From positions 1,926 to 65,925 of the forward strand of contig DZAZ01000002.1 of the NCBI GenBank assembly GCA_022729755.1: a DNA stretch of 64,000 bases, written 5' to 3'. The notes beneath the pieces are model-generated. The model saw nothing but the letters and a program-made list of their open reading frames with translations. It was not told where the DNA came from and made no database searches. Source of the DNA: Helicobacter cetorum. GTDB taxonomy: Bacteria; Campylobacterota; Campylobacteria; Campylobacterales; BB28. The first letter of the stretch is position 1. Each line of letters starts with the position of its first letter. Below, piece by piece: positions 29,875 through 39,476 of this stretch. The position numbers and the translations under genes are program-made.

Positions 29875-30942
29875 ATGAATATAGTAAATTTCCACGGTAA
29901 AAGCGCAAAAGCAAATGATTTTGTAGAGTTTCTAAGAGGTAAAAGTACTACGTTTTTACTCTCACTCTCAACTACGAAAACTTGCGAAATACCACATATT
30001 ACTCAAGCTGGAATTCCAAATAAAATTCACTTAACTCCAATTTTGGATGCAGAGTTTTTATGCACAGCTCAAGTTCGCTCAATTAGTGAAATTGCAAAAA
30101 CTCCAAATGGTGTTCCAACTCCAGCATTAATTACAAGAAAAATTCATCTTTTAAAGCCGTTTAATGAGATTGAGATTTTAAATTTAGGTTTAACTAATAC
30201 TCCTAAAATAGGATATTTTAAAATGTATGAATTTGGCTTAACTCCAAGTGAGCGAATTGATATTGGAGCCAAAATTGAAGCTGAAAAGTTATTTCAAATG
30301 GGAGTTGAATTTGGACAAAATTATAAATGCAAAAGTGATTATATAATTTTAGCTGAGTCAGTTCCAAGTGGCACAACAACAGCTTATGCAAGTGCTAAAG
30401 CATTAGGTTATAAGTGTGATGGTATGTTTTCATCTTCATTTAAAGATAATCCAACTTCAATTAAAGATGAAGTTATAAATAAGGCACTTTTAAATATTAG
30501 TGATAATATGAATATTTTTGAAAAACTCTCACAAGTTGGCGATAATATGCTGATTTTTAATGCTGGATTTGTTATTAGTGTATTGCAAAATTATAAAGTT
30601 ATTTTAGGTGGTGGAACTCAAATGGCTTCTCTTTTGCTCATTATAAATTCTATTGTAGAGCTTATGCAAGGTGAATTTGATAGTACAAATTTAGCATTAG
30701 TTACTACAAAATGGGTTTATGAAGATGAAAATTCAAATATAAAAGGCTTACTTGAACTTTTAAATTTTGATATTTTGGCTTATTATGCTGATTTTGATTT
30801 TAGCCAAAGTAGTAATGAAATTTTAAAACTTTATGATAAGGGCGAAGCAAAAGAGGGAGTTGGGGCTGGAGCTGCACTATTTTATGGATATTTAAATGGA
30901 CTTAACAAAAAGGAGATTAGTGAGAGCATTAGCACTTTTTAG
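29875..30942 (+). CDS. CobT-like (archaeal-type, TIGR00303/UPF0284-like) phosphoribosyltransferase family protein
   Basis: The 355-aa protein carries ESVPSGTTTA and GGGTQMA segments resembling CobT-family glycine-rich loops. The cobalamin gene context supports the assignment, which remains tentative. Confidence 0.45.
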   Translation: MNIVNFHGKSAKANDFVEFLRGKSTTFLLSLSTTKTCEIPHITQAGIPNKIHLTPILDAEFLCTAQVRSISEIAKTPNGVPTPALITRKIHLLKPFNEIEILNLGLTNTPKIGYFKMYEFGLTPSERIDIGAKIEAEKLFQMGVEFGQNYKCKSDYIILAESVPSGTTTAYASAKALGYKCDGMFSSSFKDNPTSIKDEVINKALLNISDNMNIFEKLSQVGDNMLIFNAGFVISVLQNYKVILGGGTQMASLLLIINSIVELMQGEFDSTNLALVTTKWVYEDENSNIKGLLELLNFDILAYYADFDFSQSSNEILKLYDKGEAKEGVGAGAALFYGYLNGLNKKEISESISTF

Positions 30943-31897
30943 TGGTGGGCTTGATAGTTTACTTGCTATAAAAGTTATACAAGAACAAGGGATTGAGGTA
31001 ATAGCACTGAATTTTGATACGGGTTTTGCAAGTGTAAGAGATAAAAAAATTCAACTTGAAAGAGTTCTTAGTCAAATTGGTGCAAAATTGCAAATAATAA
31101 ATCTTCAAAATACTTTTATAAAAACTACACTTTTTAGCCCAAAATATGGTTATGGTAAAAATTTTAATCCTTGCATTGATTGTCATGCAAAAATGATTGA
31201 AGTTACAAAAGAACTTTTGAGCGAATTTGATGCAAAATTTATTATCAGTGGTGAAGTGTTAGGTCAGCGACCAATGAGCCAAACTTCACGAGCATTAAAA
31301 AGTGTTAGTTCTCTAAGTGATGAGGGTGGATTGCTTCTTAGACCACTTTCAGCGAAATTACTTCCAAAAACAATTCCTGAAAATGAAGGTTGGGTCGATA
31401 GGGAAAAGTTATTGGATATAAGTGGAAGAGGTAGAACTAAACAGATAAATTTAGCAAAAAAATTTGAAATAGATGAGTATGAAAGTCCATCAGGTGGATG
31501 TTTATTGACTGATGAAAATTTTTCTCTAAAACTAAAAGATTTTATAAAATATGATAAAAATTTTTTAGTTGAAGATATAGAAGTGTTAAAATATGGGCGA
31601 CATTTAAGATTACCAGAGGGTGCAAAACTAATTATTGGAAGACACGAAGAGGAAAATAATTATATTCAAGAGATAAAAAATTCAAAATTTGATTTAGCTT
31701 ATGCAATCGATGTAAATGGTCCAACTGCATTAGTATCTAAAAATGCAACTAAAGGTGAGAAAATTTTAAGTGCAAAGCTGATTTTAACTTATGCAAAAAC
31801 AGATGAAAATAAAGAATATGAAGTAAAAATAGCAAATGAAATAATTAAAGAGATTAAGTTGAAAAGTAAAGACATGGCAAGAGAGTATTTTTTATAA
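30896..31897 (+). CDS. PP-loop (adenine nucleotide alpha-hydrolase) family protein, ThiI/MnmA-like
   Basis: ALFSGGLDSLLA PP-loop and NPCIDCH Cys motif. The true start may lie downstream of 30896, because the track start overlaps the previous gene by 47 nt. Confidence 0.6.
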   Translation: MDLTKRRLVRALALFSGGLDSLLAIKVIQEQGIEVIALNFDTGFASVRDKKIQLERVLSQIGAKLQIINLQNTFIKTTLFSPKYGYGKNFNPCIDCHAKMIEVTKELLSEFDAKFIISGEVLGQRPMSQTSRALKSVSSLSDEGGLLLRPLSAKLLPKTIPENEGWVDREKLLDISGRGRTKQINLAKKFEIDEYESPSGGCLLTDENFSLKLKDFIKYDKNFLVEDIEVLKYGRHLRLPEGAKLIIGRHEEENNYIQEIKNSKFDLAYAIDVNGPTALVSKNATKGEKILSAKLILTYAKTDENKEYEVKIANEIIKEIKLKSKDMAREYFL

Positions 31898-32228
31898 TTT
31901 TGGATATTATTTTGAGTAATATAATACCAATTATGATCATTTTATTATAAATTCTTAAATTAGTAATCAATTATTTTGTGTTGACTTTGGTATTATTTGG
32001 CAACTTTAAATCCAGAAGAGAAACTCAAATTGAGTCTTTAGAGAGCTAGTTTAACGAAAAACCAAAGTTGTTTAAAGTTGATATCGAAACATTTAAAAAT
32101 GCAGAAAGATGGTTATATTTAAATGACTATAGACAGGAACTTGACAAAAAAATAATAGAGTATTATGGTAATAAAATTGATACAGTTTTAATACACGATG
32201 TAAATAAGCATAAGATAAATATAAAAAA

Positions 32229-33059
32229 TTAATAAAATGATATAGTTCTTCCATCACTTGAGATATTAACACTGTTAAAGTTTTTTCCTGCACTTGAAAA
32301 TCCATCAAATTCACCAGCATTGTGTATAGGTCTCCATTTTCGCTCACTTGTTAAATTCCAAACAGCGATTTCACCATCTCTACCACTTGCTAAATAAGCT
32401 TTTCCACTATCAGTCATCCAAAAATACCAACCAATATTTTGAGTAGTGTTTTTTAAATCAGATACAAATTCGTTGTTAGACAATGATGTTGTTGTAGTAA
32501 TATTTAAACTTTTGAGTGTTAAATTAAAGCTATTTAAATGGTTATAACTTGCATTTTTTAGCTTTTCATACACAACTTTTACATCATCTGTTGCCTTTAT
32601 TGTCGCACTTTCTAAATCTTTTATATCCATAGTTTCGATTTCAACTCCAACATTTAAAGCATTTATAATAGACATTGAACCTCTTGCTATTAAGTCATTA
32701 TATGCTTGTTGCAATGTTTGATTATTAAAAACTCCTGCTTTTTCGTTTATAACTGGTTTAGGAATTGAGTATCGCTCAAGCAAAGTACCAATTGCATCCA
32801 TATGTTTTTGTTCAGATTTTGCAATATTTGAAAAAACTTCAACACCCCATTTTACATACAGATAATTATAAACATCTCTTGCAACTTGCTCTTCTTCATA
32901 CATAAATTTCATATCATTTATTTGCTCTGTTGTTAGAGTGTAGATTGGATAACTACTTAAATTTAAATTTGTTCCAATATCACCGTTTTCATTTTGTCCT
33001 GCATTTAATGAAATTGTTAAACTTAAAGCTAAACCAATTAATTTTATTTTTTTCATCAT
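32229..33059 (-). CDS. Secreted DUF2202 ferritin-like protein with a C-terminal extension
   Basis: Signal peptide MMKKIKLIGLALSLTISLNA. Ferritin-like four-helix motifs are EEEQVARDVY and AKSEQKHMDA. Confidence 0.5.
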   Translation of the reverse strand: MMKKIKLIGLALSLTISLNAGQNENGDIGTNLNLSSYPIYTLTTEQINDMKFMYEEEQVARDVYNYLYVKWGVEVFSNIAKSEQKHMDAIGTLLERYSIPKPVINEKAGVFNNQTLQQAYNDLIARGSMSIINALNVGVEIETMDIKDLESATIKATDDVKVVYEKLKNASYNHLNSFNLTLKSLNITTTTSLSNNEFVSDLKNTTQNIGWYFWMTDSGKAYLASGRDGEIAVWNLTSERKWRPIHNAGEFDGFSSAGKNFNSVNISSDGRTISFY

Positions 33060-33083
33060 AAACCTTTCATTTTTTATTACATT

Positions 33084-34460
33084 CTACTTAATAATTTTAT
33101 TTAAATCAAGCGAATTTCTTATCTTTTCTACAAATTTATCAATACTATTATCTTTATAATTTTGATAATTAAAATTTATGTAATTAGCATTCATAGACTT
33201 AAATAAGTTTGTTCTAAATTCATCGTTTTCAAAAATTCCGTGCAAAAAGCTCCCATAAATATTATCTTTTTTAAAAAATTCATATTTTTTTGCAACTCCA
33301 CAATGAATTTCATAACCTTTTAATTTTTGATTAAAAATAAAATATTCACCTCGTTTTAAAACTTTAGTTTTTAAAAATTCAACCTCATCATCTATGAAAT
33401 TCAATCCATTTTCGATTGTATTTTTATCATTTTCAACTCCATCTAAATCAATAAGCGATTTAAACATCATTTGATATCCGCCACAAATCCCAAAAATTAG
33501 CCCTTTAAAACTTTTTATTGCTTCAAAAAGTCCATTTTTTTTAAGCCATTTTAAATCTTCAATCGTACTTTTTGTGCCACTTAGTATCAACATATCATAA
33601 TTATTTAAGTTTTGAAAACTCTCAATAAAATCGACTTGAATTTGGCTATCAACGATAAGTGGGTCGATGTCGGTGTAATTGCTAATATGAGGAAATTTTA
33701 TAACGGCAACTTTTATAATCGCTTTTTTATTTTGAGTGTAATTATTAAGTGAAAGTCCATCTTCAAATCCAATATTTATCGGAATATATGGCAAAACTCC
33801 TAAAACTGGCAATTTAAACTCTTTCTCTATAATTTTTATTCCATCATCAAAAAGGCTTATATCACCCCTAAATTTATTTATAATTACACCTATAACTCTA
33901 CTTTGTAACTCTTTTGGAAGTAAGTTAAAAGTGCCATAAATTGAGCCAAAAACCCCACCTCGCTCAATATCAGCAACAATAATTATTTTTGTTTTAAACT
34001 CACTTGCAATAAAAATATTTGACAAATCCCTACTCATCAAATTAAGCTCAACAGGACTTCCAGCTCCTTCAGCAACTACAATATCAAAGTTGTTATTTAA
34101 ATAATTAAATGCTTCTTTTACAATTGGCTTAAACTCATCAATTCTAGCAAAATACTCTCTCGCACTCATATTAAATTTTGCTTTTCCATTGATAATAACT
34201 TGCGAAGTTTTATCGCGCTCTGGCTTTAGCAAAATCGGGTTTAAGTGATAAGTTGTGTGAAGATTTATAACTTTTGCTTGATTAAATTGTGCAATTCCAA
34301 TCTCGCTTCCATCATCACAAACATTTGAATTATTCGACATATTTTGAGCTTTAAATGGAGTGATTTTATAACCAAGTGAGTGAAGTATTTTCACTAAAGC
34401 TAAAGTGATTGTACTTTTGCCACTATCTGAAGATGTCCCAAAGATTGAGATGTTATTCAT
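33084..34460 (-). CDS. cobQ: Cobyric acid synthase
   Basis: N-terminal CobQ/CobB/MinD-type P-loop GTSSDSGKST. The C-terminal GATase1-like domain carries GICGGYQM and a His (HG). Confidence 0.85.
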   Translation of the reverse strand: MNNISIFGTSSDSGKSTITLALVKILHSLGYKITPFKAQNMSNNSNVCDDGSEIGIAQFNQAKVINLHTTYHLNPILLKPERDKTSQVIINGKAKFNMSAREYFARIDEFKPIVKEAFNYLNNNFDIVVAEGAGSPVELNLMSRDLSNIFIASEFKTKIIIVADIERGGVFGSIYGTFNLLPKELQSRVIGVIINKFRGDISLFDDGIKIIEKEFKLPVLGVLPYIPINIGFEDGLSLNNYTQNKKAIIKVAVIKFPHISNYTDIDPLIVDSQIQVDFIESFQNLNNYDMLILSGTKSTIEDLKWLKKNGLFEAIKSFKGLIFGICGGYQMMFKSLIDLDGVENDKNTIENGLNFIDDEVEFLKTKVLKRGEYFIFNQKLKGYEIHCGVAKKYEFFKKDNIYGSFLHGIFENDEFRTNLFKSMNANYINFNYQNYKDNSIDKFVEKIRNSLDLNKIIK

Positions 34461-34477
34461 TTTTGAAATCCAAATTC

Positions 34478-35737
34478 TTAAAGCAAAACAAATTCATTCC
34501 ATTTCATCAAACTATACTCATAAGTATCCATTACAGTGTTCCAAACAGCCACATTTTCAAATCTTTTGATGTATGAACCACCCGTTCTAACTTCACCTTT
34601 TGCAACTGAAATTTTGCCATCAGTTCCCATTAATGGCTCACTTGCAGGTTTTCCATCATACCAATAATCCCATTCAGCACTACTCATAAGTGGTTTTGAC
34701 CTTTGTGGATTTGATATGTAATAACCTTGTCGTGCAATAAAAGCCCCAGCCCAGCCAGATAACCACCAATTCATAAAAGCATAAGCAGCCTCTTTATTTT
34801 CGCCTTTTGAATTTTTTGATAAACACATCACACCATACCAAGCCCGATAACCCTCTTTTGGTGCGGCATAAATACAAGGAATTCCATTGCCATTTAAAGT
34901 TGAAACGGCAGGAGAAAACATACTTTCGATATCAACTTCACCAGATTGCATCAATTCAACCGAATGAGGAACAGAAGACCAAAGCCCCCTAAAATGCCCC
35001 TTTTTCTTATAACTAACTAAAATATCAAACAATTTATCTAATTCAAGCCTACTCATATTTCCCATATCAACAAAATCCATAAGCCCTTTTGCCCTAACTG
35101 CAAGTGCTAAATCAAAAAGCCCAATTGTTGGCTCATTTGCAATTGCGACTTTACCGTGATACTTCTCATCTAAAAGCCAACCCCAACTCTCACTCTCATA
35201 AGGAATTCCTTTTGGAATAATTTTTGAGTTATAACCAAACGAGTCAACATTATGAACATAAGGTAAAAAACTAATATGCTCACTCTGGCTTCCGCCAAGA
35301 GTTCCGTTTTGCTGAATAAATAATATTTTATTAGGTGCATCTCCAAGCCCAACTCTAGCCATACTTGAAATTACACCTTTTTTTGCCAAATCATTTATTT
35401 CATCAAAATATTTTATCTTTTTCACTTCTATTGGAGCGATTGCATTTGCTTGCCAAAGAATTCTAATACTATTTGACCACTGCTCATAGAGGTCAAACGA
35501 AGTTGGGTCAGTTGAAGCTTTTAGGATAATTTGAGCATCTCCACCAGCATAAAATTCAATATTAATTCCTAAATCATTTTGAGCTTTCTTACGAATTGCT
35601 TCTTGCAAAGTTACGTGAGTTCCAAGCACTTTAATAGTTGGTTTTTTATTAATTCCACCTTTTATTATATTTGGAAAAACAATTGTGCTAAGTGCCATAT
35701 TTTTTATAAAATCTCGTCTATTCATCGCAACTATCAA
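34478..35737 (-). CDS. Periplasmic ABC-transporter substrate-binding protein (PotD/extracellular solute-binding family) with a Tat signal
   Basis: Twin-arginine motif NRRDFIK at the N-terminus. 419 aa with an aromatic-rich SBP-like pattern. Confidence 0.6.
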   Translation of the reverse strand: MIVAMNRRDFIKNMALSTIVFPNIIKGGINKKPTIKVLGTHVTLQEAIRKKAQNDLGINIEFYAGGDAQIILKASTDPTSFDLYEQWSNSIRILWQANAIAPIEVKKIKYFDEINDLAKKGVISSMARVGLGDAPNKILFIQQNGTLGGSQSEHISFLPYVHNVDSFGYNSKIIPKGIPYESESWGWLLDEKYHGKVAIANEPTIGLFDLALAVRAKGLMDFVDMGNMSRLELDKLFDILVSYKKKGHFRGLWSSVPHSVELMQSGEVDIESMFSPAVSTLNGNGIPCIYAAPKEGYRAWYGVMCLSKNSKGENKEAAYAFMNWWLSGWAGAFIARQGYYISNPQRSKPLMSSAEWDYWYDGKPASEPLMGTDGKISVAKGEVRTGGSYIKRFENVAVWNTVMDTYEYSLMKWNEFVLL

Positions 35738-35853
35738 CCTAAATTTTTATGTTTTTAATAAATATGTCAATGACTTTTTTATTATAAAAATTACAAATTA
35801 CAAATTTTACAAGATGGTTCTTGAACTTTATCGTAAGGTCAGTTATGTAATTT

Positions 35854-37302
35854 TTACAAAGATGTAACCCCAACTCTTGAAATGTGATAAGCAATATTAT
35901 GTTGAATATCATTAACTAACTCTTTTCTTGCTCTAAATAGCAACTTAAGATTCTCAAGTGTTTTAGGATTTAATCCAAATATATGTCTTAAACTAAGCAA
36001 TAAAATATAATTTTGACTTTCATAATTAAATGAGAATCCACTTTTATAAAAATTATCTAACTTTTTTATACACTGTTTATCAAATGGAACTAAATAACCA
36101 AATATTAACCTTGATTTTTTAAATTTATTATTTGAATAGTCACAATATGGAGTGAATTCTATTAAAATTGGTTTGATGGAATCTAAAGTATCTTGTTTTG
36201 TTTTATTTTTAATTCTTTCATTATATTCATCTTTAGCTTCATTTTGTTGTTTTTCAAGTTCACTTTTATATTTTGAATTATAATCATAAATTTCATCTTC
36301 AAAAATTTTTTTATAATCATCATATCCACAAACATTTTCGTTTAATTTATCACAAATATTTAAATAACTCTCAAAACAAAATATATTTCCTGGATACATT
36401 TTTTTATTACTAGATAATGGAATCTCAAACAAAAGTTTGCTATTAACAATATATGTGTTTTCATTATTTTTAACTTGTAAATCTAAATTTTTTAAAGTGT
36501 TATTTGTAGTTTCATTAGAGTTTGAATCTTCAACACTTTTTTCTATTGTGTCTTGAAGTACCATATTTAAAGCTGTATATAAACCTTTTCTTTTCTCTTC
36601 TTTGTTTGGAGATTGATTAGTTCCGACTATTGACTTAATAGCTCCATTTAATAAATCTCGATTTTTATCTTGATTCTCTATATCTAAAAACATATCAAAT
36701 ACTTTTGCACTTGATTTTTGTATTTGGCTCTCCCACTCTCTTAATAGATTGAAATAGTCTAAATTTTGATTTAAAGAATTTTTTATATCGTTAATTAAAT
36801 AATTGATAGATTTATTGCAAAAAATATTAAAATGGTGTTGATAATCAGCTAAAGTTAATTCTTTTTTATTTATACACCATTTCATTTGTTCAAATTTTTT
36901 TATAATGTTAATTTCATTTTTTTTATAATCATTTTTATCTAAAGTAACTATTGGATAAAATTTATATTTTCTCTCTTTTAATTTATCAATTAAAACATTT
37001 CTCAGTTCATTATGTTTTGACCATATTATTAATATAAATGCTCCATTATCCTCAGATAAATTTCTTGTTATTGATGAGTATATAGGAGAAATCGTACTTT
37101 TGTTAGAACTACTAATTTTATCATCTAATGTTAAATCAGCAAAAATATACCTAACATTGGTGAATTTATTTTTCTTTTTACTCGTTTTAAAGTTAATGTA
37201 AATACTTTGAATACCAATATCATCTAATGCTTCTCTTAAATTTTGTATTTCTTCAGGTTTATCATCAAAAATTAAAACTTTTGTATTATTTACACTATTC
37301 AC
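35854..37302 (-). CDS. Receiver (REC)-like domain protein with an uncharacterised ~350-aa C-terminal region; third gene of the dcm operon
   Basis: The N-terminus reads KVLIFDD (D13-D14)...YIFADLTL (D56)...LIIWS (S95)...K, which follows the CheY-like acidic pocket, phospho-acceptor, Ser/Thr and Lys order. The rest has no motif I recognise. The start overlaps the upstream stop (ATGA at 37299-37302). Confidence 0.45.
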   Translation of the reverse strand: MNSVNNTKVLIFDDKPEEIQNLREALDDIGIQSIYINFKTSKKKNKFTNVRYIFADLTLDDKISSSNKSTISPIYSSITRNLSEDNGAFILIIWSKHNELRNVLIDKLKERKYKFYPIVTLDKNDYKKNEINIIKKFEQMKWCINKKELTLADYQHHFNIFCNKSINYLINDIKNSLNQNLDYFNLLREWESQIQKSSAKVFDMFLDIENQDKNRDLLNGAIKSIVGTNQSPNKEEKRKGLYTALNMVLQDTIEKSVEDSNSNETTNNTLKNLDLQVKNNENTYIVNSKLLFEIPLSSNKKMYPGNIFCFESYLNICDKLNENVCGYDDYKKIFEDEIYDYNSKYKSELEKQQNEAKDEYNERIKNKTKQDTLDSIKPILIEFTPYCDYSNNKFKKSRLIFGYLVPFDKQCIKKLDNFYKSGFSFNYESQNYILLLSLRHIFGLNPKTLENLKLLFRARKELVNDIQHNIAYHISRVGVTSL

Positions 37303-39476
37303 TTTAATTCTCCTTTTTTAAATTCTAAAGCTATTGTCGCACCGTCAATAAAATCTTCTTCTAAATTCAAGTTTTTTATTTTATATTCTTTATTAGTAAT
37401 AATTTTTAAAGCACCTAAATTTTGCTTCATTATTTCATTAGAGAAGTACAAACCAAGACCTTTTCCAAATTCATTTTTTGTAGTTTTAAATGGTAATTTT
37501 GCAATATCTTCTGATATGGAAAATCCTAATCCATTGTCAGCTATTATTAATTCTATTGAATTTTCTTTTTCAAAAACATCTATTAAAATTTTTCTATCTT
37601 TAATCATCTTTTTATAATCTAGCCAATAAATTGAATTATCAAACAAATTCATTAAAACTTGATTAGTCAATTTAGGAAAACAATTAATATAAAATTTTTT
37701 ATCATTTGTTTTATCAATTAATTTTATTTTATGGTCTTCAAATCTTGCTTCAAAATATATCATACACATTTCTATTAACTCATTAACTAATGTATTTTTT
37801 TGTTTATCATTTTCTAAAAATTTTGCAACTCCTTCAATTATAGTTGATAATGAAATAGCTATTTTTTCTATATCATCAAAATTTTTACTTTTAATAGTTT
37901 TGTTTAAAGAGTGAACTATTTTTTCAATTTCGTGTATTACTAAACTATATGCAAGTCCTGCACCTGAACTTTTCAATACAATATCTTTCATACTATTATA
38001 ATTTTCTTCTACTTTTTCAATAAGATGGATAACTTCATCTCTCTTTTTTTCATCAGGAATATATTTTGTAAGCTTTTCCTTACTCTCTTCTATAATTGCT
38101 AATGTATCTCTATCACTATCTTGTTCTTTTGCATATTGTGTTCTAAATTTATCTTTATCTTCATTTTTTAAAAAATTTACTTTATTTATGATATTAATTA
38201 CTATATCTCTAAAGTTATAATAAATTTTATCTTCAATAAATCCTTCACGATTTGTCTTTTCAACTAATCCACTGCTGTTTTTCCCATCTAAAAATACAGA
38301 TGATATAATATTTCTATTTCCTATCTTTGAAGTTGGAGCGTTGATTCTACTTGCATCCATTCCAAGCCAATCATTGCCTTCCTCTCCATAATCATAAATT
38401 CTCATTCCATCTCTATATACTCTTACACCACCATTTTCTTTAACAAAACTTTTCAAACCACTTCTATCAGATATGTTACTTAAATCTAATGTAGTTTTAT
38501 CAAAATCAAATATGTAACCTTTTATATCTATCTCTTTAATACCATCAAATGGTATATCTTCAAATTTATCTCTATTTTTTTCTTGTTTCTCTTTTTCTAT
38601 CTCTCTTCTAATAAAGGGATTTTTTGCTATATATTCATCAACTTCTGTAACTTCTCTAGCTTCTGCTCTTTCCATATACCTATATGGTTGAAATTTATAT
38701 TTAAAGTTTGTAACTTTACTTATTTTATTTCCATTCTCATCTTCAACTTCACTTGCCTTACATTCAAAATACCATAAAGCATATCTTTTTAAAGTCTCTA
38801 ATGATAATAATCCCTCTTTCCAATCTTCTAAATTTGTCTCTATCTCTATATTAAAATTATCTCTTGTTTCAAATGGAGAAGTTAAAGCAAAAATAGAGCG
38901 ATATAACTCTCTAAAGTCTCGTTTACTCCACTCTTTTCTTAAATTTGTAACTCTAATATATGTACCTTTCTCTTCACCAATAAAGAAAGAGGCTTTTCTC
39001 TCTTTTAGAGTAATTAGTTTATCTGATAAATACTCATCACCACTAAATTCACTCCAATCAATGCTTAAAACTACCTCTTTTGAGTTGGCTTTTTTTGTAA
39101 TTAACTCTATCTTATTTCCAAGTTTATGTACACCAAATCTACCAATTCCCTTTTCGCCGATTGGTCTTCTATTACAATCACTTATAAAGTTTTCACTATT
39201 TTTTTCCTCTTTATTATTAGTTCCAGGTTCCATCCAAATATTATTGATAATATCTATATCCATTCCAAAACCATCATCAATAATAATTATTTCTCCATTA
39301 GTTAAGTTATCAATATCATTCATTATAACTTTTACATTTCTTGCACAAGCATCATAAGAGTTTTTGATAATTTCTGAAAGTGCAATTTTTTCATTTCTAA
39401 TAAGTTGGTCACCAAGTTGTAAAAGCAATCTTGCTTTTGGTTTAAATGGTGTGGTAACTTCTTTGTACTCTAACAT
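37299..39476 (-). CDS. Dual Bergerat-fold ATPase: N-terminal MORC/Hsp90-like GHKL module plus C-terminal histidine-kinase core (DHp + CA)
   Basis: N-terminal motifs are ALSEIIKNSYDA (E35, N39, D42), IIIIDDGFGM (D68-G-x-G71) and GEKGIGRFG (~107-115). C-terminal motifs are the H-box VIHEIEKIVHSL (His515, codon 37932-37934), N-box LMNLFDNSIYW, G1 ADNGLGF and G2 GKGLGL. The start overlaps the dcm stop. Confidence 0.65.
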   Translation of the reverse strand: MLEYKEVTTPFKPKARLLLQLGDQLIRNEKIALSEIIKNSYDACARNVKVIMNDIDNLTNGEIIIIDDGFGMDIDIINNIWMEPGTNNKEEKNSENFISDCNRRPIGEKGIGRFGVHKLGNKIELITKKANSKEVVLSIDWSEFSGDEYLSDKLITLKERKASFFIGEEKGTYIRVTNLRKEWSKRDFRELYRSIFALTSPFETRDNFNIEIETNLEDWKEGLLSLETLKRYALWYFECKASEVEDENGNKISKVTNFKYKFQPYRYMERAEAREVTEVDEYIAKNPFIRREIEKEKQEKNRDKFEDIPFDGIKEIDIKGYIFDFDKTTLDLSNISDRSGLKSFVKENGGVRVYRDGMRIYDYGEEGNDWLGMDASRINAPTSKIGNRNIISSVFLDGKNSSGLVEKTNREGFIEDKIYYNFRDIVINIINKVNFLKNEDKDKFRTQYAKEQDSDRDTLAIIEESKEKLTKYIPDEKKRDEVIHLIEKVEENYNSMKDIVLKSSGAGLAYSLVIHEIEKIVHSLNKTIKSKNFDDIEKIAISLSTIIEGVAKFLENDKQKNTLVNELIEMCMIYFEARFEDHKIKLIDKTNDKKFYINCFPKLTNQVLMNLFDNSIYWLDYKKMIKDRKILIDVFEKENSIELIIADNGLGFSISEDIAKLPFKTTKNEFGKGLGLYFSNEIMKQNLGALKIITNKEYKIKNLNLEEDFIDGATIALEFKKGELK

